NCBI GenBank assembly: GCA_964247055.1 | Contig: OZ176053.1 | Coordinates: 6,944,001-7,008,000, forward strand | From: Paragordius varius | Lineage: Eukaryota > Animalia > Nematomorpha | Reading direction: 5' to 3' | DNA: 64,000 bases | Shown: piece after piece, positions 13,401 through 23,342 of the stretch | Numbering within the stretch: position 1 is the first letter of the stretch | Layout: the number at the start of each line of letters is the position of its first letter | Translations under genes and position numbers: made by a program | The notes under the pieces: model-generated | What the model was told of the DNA's origin: nothing | The model's database searches: none | What the model saw: the letters and a program-made list of their open reading frames with translations, nothing else

Positions 13401-16400
13401 ATAAAATTATCTGCCAAATCAACTACATCAAGTTTGTATTTTATCTGTTTATTTAACTTTTTTGGTTGGATGTGAATTGTATAGTCGTTTACATATTGAA
13501 ATTTCCTTTAAACCAGGAGTGTCCAACACATAAAGTTTCGCGGGCCACATTCAAAATATATAGGGACATAAATAAATATTTTATTAGATTCAACTCTTGA
13601 CTATAAAATGGAAACAAAATAAATAATTCTAATTAGTTGCTGTTAAAAGTTAACAATAATCATTATTAAAACAAAGAAAAAATATTATTAATATACCTCC
13701 CTGCTTTCTCTGCCCAAAATTTTCAATGTATAAACGACTAAACCTAAATCTATATCTTAATTTTATGCCAAATTGTAAAAATATTTTTATTAAATCATTT
13801 AAAATGAAATTATTCGATAGGATAGTTACAAAAAATTTCGATACAAAAATTATTATCAATGATTTTCAATAAAGTTATAAAATTGGAAACTGGAGGGCGC
13901 CGCAGAGAAGAAAAAAAGAAATCCCCTGGATTCTTTGGAATCGCATCCTTTTTCCAAACGCCAAAACCGGTTGAACAAGGCCTTCAAGCCAAAATGGAGG
14001 ATTATGACCCAGCAGACTATAAATATGACATGGATTACAATTACGGAACTTCAGGCGAATATGATAATTATAATTCATACGCAGATGCCTACAGCAAAGA
14101 TGTAAGTTGATATAAAATGAATTAATTATTAAATATTCCTAGAAAAGGTTAACGTAAATAAGCGTTAAAGTTAAAATTTTCAGACTAGAAATGGCCAAAA
14201 TTTGTTAGCTTTAAAACATGCATGAGATACCGGATTTTATAACCTCTAAAAGATTGTGGAATGATGCATAAGCTGATAAAATATATCTGTGAATAACTTA
14301 AGAAAAAGCTATATTTAATTAGTTACTGCCGTTTTCTAGTTATTGATTTTATGGCAGTAATACTCAAATGCGGCCCTAAAAGTGCATGTGGCCCTAAAAT
14401 ACTTTTTTAAGGCAATGAATTATTTATTAAATTTTTTTATATATTTATTTGGAGTGTAAATACCTGCAAATGTGTCAAACAGCTATGAAAATTATCGCTA
14501 TGACCCTTGAGACCAGAATCATATTTTTTTGGTCATAAAAATCTTTGGTGAGTACCAGTGATGGGTATCGAATTTGCGTCTGATGCGAATTTTTTGTTTT
14601 TTAGTGTAAATAAGATTTAATTCTTCCATAATATTAAAATTTTAAATTTAATTTATATATTTCTTCTAGCAATATTATGATGAAGCATCCAAAGACTATA
14701 GTTACGGGGTATATATTTTTTAAATAGTACAAGGCAATTTAATTTTTCTCACACTTACATATTTTATAAAAAATTTATTTCCTTTAAGGGTGATGCCAGT
14801 TCCTACGGTGGCCAATCGGTAATAAATTTTTTTATATAAAAAGTGATTAATTAATCTATAATTCAGTGATTAATATCAAATTAGATAAATAATCATTTTA
14901 ACCGTTATAAATTATTTATAGAACTATGACGCCTCGGCGGCAGCCTCCAATTATGACGCATCGGTATAATTATAATTTTATGAATGTTAAAGGCGCTAAT
15001 AAAGAAATATTTGGAAAATCTTTTTTAAATTTACCAAATATATACAAGAATGTTATCAAACCAAATTTATAATCGTTCATGTTCACGAATCCCGTTTAAA
15101 TATTAATTATTTTAGGAAAATAGTTATTTATAAAAGCATATTTGAATATTCTTTAATTCATATGCAATTAATATCAATCGGACATGATAAAAATTATCTC
15201 GTATGCTTTTAATTTGATTTTGGAGTTAAAACTTCTTATAATGAAATGCTTTAGTTATATATAATTTTCGAAAAATTTAAGTAAATCTTTTATATAAATT
15301 GTAATAAAAAATTTGTATAAAAATGATTGTTAAAACGGATAACATTTGGTCAACTGTCCGATCAAAAAATAATAACGGTATGATCGCTTATGAATGCGGT
15401 TATTCGAGGAATAAATTATATAATTAAAAATGGTTAAAGGTGATTTATTAAACAAGATATAATGATAAATAAATTTGGGGTATACATGTACAAAAAAACC
15501 CAACCCTAGAATCAACTAACTATTTTTTATTATATTTTTCAAAAAATTTTATTATCCACATGATGAAAAAATGTATTATTTTTTAGGCATATGACGCTTC
15601 CGCTGCTGCTTCAAACTATGATGCTTCGGTAACTCAACTATTTTATGTTAAAATATGTTTAGAAAAATTGCTTCTATCCAATAAAATTTTCCACAACCCT
15701 TATAAACTCAATAGATAACCTATAGAATATTATGTATATGCATAAATTAAATTTTATAAGCACAATATAAACATCTGATGTATCAGGATTCTCATGGTGC
15801 TTTGGGTTTTGACTTTAAGAGTCATTTAAGAAAAATGTTTGTACTATGGTAATTGTTCAATATCGAAACGGAAAACTAGTGTGTTAAATTTTTGGATATG
15901 AACTAAAGCCTCAAAACCTAAAAATGTTAATGTAATGTATCTTAAATTTATTTAAAAGCGAAACAATGAAATTTTTGGTGAAAGTCCCACTTTTTCGGAC
16001 CCCGTTTAAATTGGCTAATTTTTTTCCAATAGGCGCAAAGGAGTCGAGATTTTGCAATAAATTTTTATTTTAAATTGAATTTATAAATCATATTTTTTTA
16101 ATTTAAATTTCGGAGAAATTAAAGAGTATCTTATGGTAATATAGCCTGATTAAAGAGTATAAACACATTAAAACAAATTTTATTCTAATTCGATGCTGCA
16201 ATATATTTATATTACCTTAGAATATATAATAAATATACATTCGCCTTCAAATTAAAGTGGATTTTTAGAAAAACACAATTTATCAAATATATTAGATGCA
16301 CGAAAAAAAGAGCAAAATCTTTACTGTTAATGTTATATAACTTTGGCATTAAATGTAATGTTAACTTTCCTAGATATTTCAATATATCAATTTTATTCAA

Positions 16401-17793
16401 AAACATGCGAAAATGGCACTTTATTTTCATTTTAAAATTTTTTTACACTTGCAGTAAAAATTGAAATTATACGGACAAAACGCGAAAATATAACAATAAA
16501 TATTTTTATTTTTAAGAGAACCATACTTTTTTAGTCTTGATTTTTTTAAATATAACTCCTTATTTTACATTTTACACTACAAAGTATAATTTAGAAATGT
16601 CAATTGGTAACACAATTAAATATGTATTTTACAATTGTAATTAAATGTTTTTTATAGGATAAATTACGGTTTAAAAAAATATGGTTGTCTTTTGAAAAAA
16701 ATATATGTCTTTATATTTTTACATTTTGTCCGTATAATTTCAATTTTTACTGTAATAAGACAGTTTTTATGAGTATTTCATGAAATGCTTTCTTTTTAGG
16801 CATATGACGCTTCTGCTGCGGCTTCAAACTATGATGCTTCGGTAATTAAATTTTAATCATTTTACAATGATTTGAGCAATAACTATTTTAGGACAATCTA
16901 TTAAAAGTCAAAAATTTTCTAAATCGTTTCTTTCATTATTTATATTATTGCTTATGAATATATAATAATTGTTTTCTAAATTAAAAATAATTAATTATGT
17001 TTTTTCAGGCTGCCGATTCCAACTATGGACAAGTAATTTTCTACATTTCATTATAAGCAATCTTTTAAAAAAAATTATACGAAAAATAGTTGTAACAGTA
17101 AATATGGCAATTTTTTTAAATAATTGACACTGATGTAAAATATTAATCAATTGTTTATAATTCAATTTTAGAGTGACGCGGGAGCTTATGATGCCTCGGT
17201 AAGTTAAATACAATTTGCTAATAACAATTACATACAAGTCAAACATATTGAAATTCCGAAAATATCATATTTACTATATTGAAATTAAAATAATTTTTCA
17301 AGTAATGTTTTCTAAACCGGAATCACAAACCTTTTCTCGACTTGAAACCATATAAAATTCTACAAACCGTTTTTAGAACCCAAATAGCGGTTCTGGCGTC
17401 TACAAATTAATTTTGTTTATAAAAAACTAGCCTTTTTATTTAATATAGTTGTCTATTTTATTTGAATGACAATAGTATATTTTTTTAATAATTTGCAAGT
17501 AAAGTTAGTAATACAAAGGGTTTTTGTAGAAATGTTGAAGTTTTTGTAGCTGTTTCTCCACAATTTTTCAAAATATGATATCTCTAAATAAAAAAACCGA
17601 AATATACACTTTATAAAATGGTACATTAACCCTTCAAATGAAAAAACTCTTTTGAAAGCAAAATGAGATAAAAAAGTGATTTGGAACCGGTAAATACGGT
17701 TGCTGTTCTATTCCTTAATATTTAACAATTCAAGACCATTATTTTATAATTTAGGCATATGATCAATCCAATTATGGTGCAGAGAAAACATAA
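6662..17793 (+). CDS. Single-pass cadherin-repeat protein, 17 exons, 679 aa, with a Tyr-rich microexon-encoded tail. Exons: 6662-6811, 7262-7450, 7650-7751, 8094-8309, 8741-8840, 11713-12020, 12790-13114, 13294-13431, 13875-14101, 14670-14708, 14789-14818, 14922-14963, 15587-15628, 16800-16841, 17009-17032, 17172-17198, 17755-17793
   Basis: Signal peptide MHLFQIFIYFLLLVGCILLSPIYC; cadherin-like repeats, including a canonical LIEDTAIDTLIAQVNATDPD...YTLVVEVGDQGNPP; TM segment VACALVAIFIIGILCGIGYYGYI. All introns are GT-AG and phases are consistent (2040 nt total). Confidence 0.85.
7594..7631. repeat. (TA)n microsatellite just upstream of the cadherin exon 3 acceptor
   Basis: Uninterrupted TA run. 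Confidence 0.95.
9088..10876. mobile_element. Foldback DNA element with long inverted arms and tandem 21-bp subrepeats (cadherin intron 5)
   Basis: Left arm TATACCATTTCCCAGTCTAAATAAACG + (TTTTCCCAGTCAATCGAAACR)n is mirrored at the right end (...GACTGGGAAATGGTATA); arms extend several hundred bp; an hAT-type MITE relic sits in the middle (about 9608-9890). Confidence 0.8.
10397..10831. mobile_element. Non-autonomous hAT MITE inserted into the foldback's right arm
   Basis: TIRs CAGTGGCGTACCG / CGGTACGCCCCTG; perfect 8-bp TSD TTCGATTG (10389-10396, 10832-10839); sister copy at 63046-63438. Confidence 0.9.
11060..11582. mobile_element. Penelope-derived or retrozyme-like non-autonomous retro-insertion carrying a hammerhead ribozyme
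   Basis: Flanked by a 15-bp direct repeat ACAAAAGGAAAATAT (11045-11059, 11583-11597); contains a perfect 120-bp inverted duplication (11055-11174 / 11410-11529) and a hammerhead core. Confidence 0.7.
11143..11185 (-). ncRNA. Minimal type I hammerhead ribozyme
   Basis: Minus strand reads GUCGUA-CUGAUGA-GUGCU-aaca-AGCAC-GAAA-CUAG-UC^UGCGAU: complete core, 5-bp stem II, 6-bp stem I (two G:U), palindromic ACUAGU stem III, GUC cleavage triplet. Confidence 0.85.
12371..12770. mobile_element. Tc1/mariner-type MITE (cadherin intron 6) with an internal nested hairpin element (about 12466-12595)
   Basis: TA|CAGTAACGAG...CTCGTTACTG|TA termini with extended imperfect inverted arms. Confidence 0.7.
16450..16755. 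mobile_element. Foldback MITE (family C) between two YDAS microexons
   Basis: CAGTAAAAATTGAAATTATACGGACAAAA is mirrored by TTTTGTCCGTATAATTTCAATTTTTACTG; the same arm occurs at about 7110-7190. Confidence 0.65.
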
Positions 17794-18022
17794 CTAAGGT
17801 TAAGAAAGTTGAAAGCGAGAAAAGCTAGGGTAATTACCGAAAACATCCCTATGTAAATTATTCATATCCGTTATTTTGTTTATAATATGATACCTAATGA
17901 TAAAATTTCTACTAATGTTTTCTATTATAAAGAAATGCTTTGTAATTAACACAAAATAAATTTATTGAAAATATGTATACGAACTGGATGTACATTATAT
18001 ATTTGACTATCATTAAGCGACA

Positions 18023-21000
18023 TTAACTCCATGTTTCCATTTGAATGCGTTTTCTTTTCAAAAGCTGTTGAATGTAAGCTTTGGGATCGTTTTGTTCCAT
18101 AGATGCCTTCAAGTAAGGAGCTATGCAAAACTCTAAAGCGTCCAATACTTGATCTGGCATTTGTTTAGACCTCCTTAAGATAAGAATATAGTACTATTTG
18201 GGTAAAAAATATGATAGCTTTTTTCCATTAATTGGACATACTAAGTTATTTAGATGTTGGGCAAAAACATATATATATATATATATATATATAAATGACT
18301 TTTATCGAACAAATTTTGAATTTGCATATGCATAAATTTTATTTCTTTATTAATTAAAACCAAGATTTTATTATATAAAAAACATAATCAGGTAAAAAAT
18401 AACAAAAGATAAGAAATAACTGACTGTGATTCATTACAATATAATCTAAAAAAGCTTATGGCAAACCGTAATAATAATTAGACTTTGAAGTTATGACTAG
18501 AAATGCGATGTTTAAAATAAGCTAAAATGCAATAAATTTATTTTTATTGTAAAATATATCAGATAAAGCAGGAAAAACGATTATAAAAAGGTCATGCGTA
18601 AAACCGTTTTAGACATATAAAAAAAGGAATTACCAAATCTATTACATTACTTATTAAACTATAAACAACTGACATAAAATAAATGTTACAATGAAAAGTT
18701 ATTATTTTTACATGCCAACCTAGTTGCTAGAAACTTTAGAGCACAAAATAGATAACTCATAAATATTCTATTGAAAAAAATGGTTATAAATGTTAGAATT
18801 GATTTAAACAGTATGAGTTGCAATAACCAAAAAATATGGGGAATGTAATAATATAAAGATACATACCCAGAAATAAAAATAAAGGCATTTTCGTTAACAA
18901 TTAATTGACCAAGGGTCTCGCATTGTTGGCGTATTAGGTCCTGTACGTATATCTTATTTTTCTACATATATATAGATTTTGATAATTAATTTTATAATAT
19001 GGGTTAGACTATTAACCTATGATAATATTCTATAAATTTTAAATTAACATGAAATGGTTTGAAACAGGAATAATTTTTAAAAAATATTTTTTCGGTAACT
19101 GTGCGGGTGGAAGCGTTTGTTAATAATCTACAAATTTGCTCAAGGATATTAAACAATATTACATAAGTTATAAAAGAGCTTAAGTACAAACCAATGTATG
19201 AAAACCTAATAATTAAGAATTAAAAGTATATTATCATATAAATTAAGCTTAAAGAATATTATCTTCAATTAATTTATAAACGACAAATATGTTACTTGAT
19301 CTCTAGAATAGGCAGTAAACATTTGCAGATATCCATCAGAAACGTATTGTTCAAATTCTTTCTTAAAATATTCGTCCTTATCCATGTTTCGACATCCAAA
19401 AAACAAAAAATTATCTATGATCAATACATATTTATTTTATATAATTAAAAAAATATTTTGTAAAAGGTATATTAAGATAGGGTCAAATAAAAAAAAATTC
19501 TTGAAACTGCACTTCAAGATGTCCCATAACATTTATGGTTGTGCCCCTGAACATATAACGAATGTCATTAATTTCAAGTTTCTCCTTAGACATTTTGAAA
19601 TTGGTTCCAACTTTTATCAATAAAACTATCTATCCTATTATTTTTAACTTAACTTTTAAATCAAAATGTTTATAATGTTGTTTAATTGGAAAAAAATGTA
19701 TTTAAAAAGTCGTTTTTGAATTAAAAATAATCTTTTATAATAAAATTGACACAAAAATTTGAATATATGCAAACCGAAAACATTAAGGACCAACTTGGAG
19801 TGTTAAACCAACTTAAAATATTGAAAGACAAATTTTATAGAATGGAAACTCTTATGTTCAAAGACAGACTTAAAGTGTCAAAGGACACTCTTGAAGGGCG
19901 AAAAGTATAAAATTACGACAAAATTTATATAATATATTAAAAAATAAATAGTTGATTTAAATTACAATAATTGTATATGTCAAACTTTACATGTTAATAA
20001 AAAATAAAATACGCTTAATTCCGTGTTGTATGCGATAATGGATTAAAAAATGCAAAGGAGCCACTCCAGTACCTGGTCCAACCATAATGAACGGATATGG
20101 TTCGGAAGGAACATAAACAAATCCTTTCTTAAGCCGAACATCAATGTAGGAATGTTCTAAAAAGTTGGAACATATATTTAGTGTATAGATTAATTATATG
20201 CTTATATAATAACTACTATTATAAATAGTTACAGTAAAATTTAACTATAAAGACAAAACATAAAAAGCAGAATATAATATTTTGTTTATAAAAATATGTG
20301 ATTTTTAAATGAAATGTATTGTTTTGCGATGTGGATGTGAAAGATGTAAATAAATAACACTATTTTATAATTGAAATAATATGGATAATAAAAATAATTA
20401 TTATGTTTGTTTTGTTTTATCATTAAAATATCAAGATAAAATAATATGTAACAATCAAATATTCACAATTATATTTACCAGGGTATTCAGAGAGCCAATA
20501 CGAACATGTCCCTAACCTGGGTATCTTTAATTTTGTTTTATATTCAACTACTGCCATTAAAATTTGAATCTTTAGTTTGGTATTTGAAATATTTTTTATA
20601 TGATCCCCCTTTTGTTCATTGAGTATTGGTATAGTTTGACACTGTGCTATTGAAAAATCACGAGGTTGAATACAGGGTACTACTCTGTGTACAACGTGAG
20701 ATAAAGGTATAATTTTTGCAGTGGCAGGGAAATCACAGAAAGTTTCAAGTATAGTCCTACGAACCCGTGAACTATAAGAGTATAATTCTTCTAACGAATC
20801 TACATTTGTACAACATAATTCAGATAAACGGTCATGTTCCATCCCAATCTTTTGTGTGTAAGTCTCTAAAAGAGATGCTGATGATACATTATCAGTCAGC
20901 GTAATACTAAGTTCTGATTGCTCAAACGTTTCAAATAACGTTTTCGTATCATCTAATGCAATATCTAGTCCGTGTTTATCAATGTGGGCAAAAAAGGATT

Positions 21001-23320
21001 CAACAATGATTGAAATATTTGCAATAACTTCATCTAAATTTTCATTTGTAGCAGAATTCGTATCGATTTGTGCGGTAGAACTTAATTTGTGTTCTTTAAG
21101 ATACTGACATATTCGGACAGACAAACGGGCATAATAAAGTAATCGACGGAAAAATGAGCGCCTAGGTACGGCTTGTAAATCAATGCAATATAACATATCA
21201 CGTATATTGTCTTTCCAATTATTTATATTTGAGAAGTTTTCGCAAACATTGCTATTATTATTATGCTTTTGTGAAGGATTTTTAATATATTTGGAGAAAT
21301 GTGGAAAATTATCGTCAATATTATATAATTTTATGAAGGATTGAACAACCGTTTCCCTGTTCCGAGGCAAAATGGATACAATATCAAAGGGTTGGGGTTG
21401 AAAAATGTTACTGTATATTTGTATATATATACAAAAAATGTGATATAGGGTGAATTTTCTAAGAATTCAGTGTTAATTAATATTTTGGTGGCTAAACAAT
21501 AATGCATGTATATTTAAAGTTTTTTATTTTATCAGTAAATGATAGTCATATTACCGGCCTTTGAAGTTTGGCTGTTTACCCCAAAATTATATTATTGATT
21601 TATAAATATATAACTAAATCAAAGCAACACATAATCATCGATGAAAAACCAAAAGTTTACAGATAATGCTTTATTTATTCCTGGGAAAAACTAATAATTC
21701 TCATAAATATTAAATATGTTTATATATCATGGTACACTACCCCTTATTATTTAATTGTTAATTTCGTTATTTTATGATGAAAAGTTTTAAAAATAGCAAA
21801 ATTTTCATAATACATAAAAGGTTAAAATACATACTGAGAGAAGGGATACGTAATCTCAATATTTCTGACATTCTGAAAGAAATTTAAGGGAGTTACGCGA
21901 TCATTATGAAGTATTTGACATTTGACAAACTCTTCTTTGACATTAGCAGCTTTGATTTCTATATATGGGCTAATAAAATGAATATAGTAATAAAAAGATC
22001 GAAAATAGAAAGGTGCAAAATAATTACAATAAAAAGTCTTGAAAAGATGACGGACCAAATTTGATGCCAAAATAATTTCTCAAAAGTAGTTTGACCCTTT
22101 TCATCCATTGATCGATTTGGAATTCTGGACTAAATTAATGATATGCATGCATTCATACCCCTGGGGATATTGTTCATCTACATATACTGGTTCCATTAAA
22201 GCCGTCGCAGATAATTGTTTTAATCTGTTATGTAATTTCTTGGCAGCATAATTATATCTAAATAGCAATAAATGATGGTTTTTATAATTAGTTTTAGGTT
22301 ATGGGTTAGGTTTGACCGGGTATGAATGTTAAGATATTTGACTATGTACGCTTTTAAAAATTAGTCTTTAAATGAAATATACTGTAATTAAAAAAAGTTT
22401 AAATTATAAAATTATATAGTGGTAAAACAGTTTATATATTATTATATTAACCTCGCAACCACGTTTTAGTATTATACCATTTATATTCATTATCCTTAAA
22501 CAATTCAAATTCACCCTCGGACAAATCAAATTCACCCTAAAAATAAGTTATGAGATTTTGGGCTAATATAACTCATATTAATATGAAATATATTTTTACG
22601 TAGTTTATTATTTCAGAATTATATTAATTTTAATCAGAATTTCATATTTTAAAAATATTAAAAATTAACGGTAATTTAATATAGAAAAACACATAATTTA
22701 GTTTAGGGTGAATTTGAACTGTAAATGGTATATTATATTATTACTTAAATTGTAGTTGCGGCACTTTACCTTGATAAATTTGAATACATTTATAACTCAA
22801 TCAGTTATATATATATTATTTTGATAGACAGTGAACAAACGTGTATTTTTGATATACAATTAATATATCCGTTACTATAAATATATTGCTAACACTATTT
22901 ACCACACCATTTATTACATTTAATGTGGTCGATTCCTAAACGTACATATATGATTTATAATAGTATTAATTAGTACTTGGAATAAGTGCTATCACCAAGA
23001 CCTAACAAAATGTATCGCAATCCTTTGAGAAAATTATTGGCTAAGCTTTTCCTTAACAGGGATTTCCAAAACTTTCTCATGTTTGTCGGTTCATCTCCTT
23101 GACCAGTTGTGGAACAAATAAAGATAAAAAAGTTTTTGGGGTTTAATTCCTAATTTATTTTGCTAAATACTTCTGCCATATATTCGTCCATTGAAGACAT
23201 AAAAACTTCTGAAGTATCCTGCACAATAATATCGGTGAATAAAGATTGAGCGACATCCTGAGCGGTTCCAGTTTCGCTCCCAAATAAAATTAAGATTTTA
23301 TCAGTTAGCGTGGTCTTCAT
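18023..23320 (-). CDS. NDOR1: NADPH-dependent diflavin oxidoreductase 1 (Tah18 homolog); start may extend in frame to 23344 or 23443
   Basis: ILILFGSETGTAQDVA and CSTTGQGDEP...MRKFWKSLLRK...LGLGDSTYSK|YNYAAKKLH (FMN domain); PRRSFF, RRTILETFCDFP, IQPRDFSIA (FAD); MVGPGTGVAP, FFGCRN, AYSRDQ, IYVQD, MPDQV, C-terminal IQMETWS* (NADPH). Exons joined by GT-AG introns. Confidence 0.95.
19508..19900. mobile_element. Degenerate foldback MITE (family B) in an NDOR1 intron
   Basis: CACTTCAAG...CTTGAAG ends with about 21-bp subrepeats; a related copy lies at about 53619-54070. Confidence 0.5.
22473..22732. mobile_element. Family A MITE in NDOR1 intron 2
   Basis: TATACCATTTA...TAAATGGTATA termini and TTCAAATTCACCCT subrepeats; internal sequence colinear with 916-1215. 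Confidence 0.7.
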
Positions 23321-23342
23321 AACTTCATTTGCTTGCCTGTTC

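Noticed and set aside
13885-13915. ETGGRRREE as a classical-cadherin p120-binding motif
   Set aside because: Too weak against the DEEGGGEED consensus, and no beta-catenin-binding region follows.
17376-17418. Possible ninth cadherin microexon (AG|AAC CCA AAT AGC GGT TCT GGC...)
   Set aside because: No convincing donor, runs into a stop, and does not resemble the YDAS repeat.
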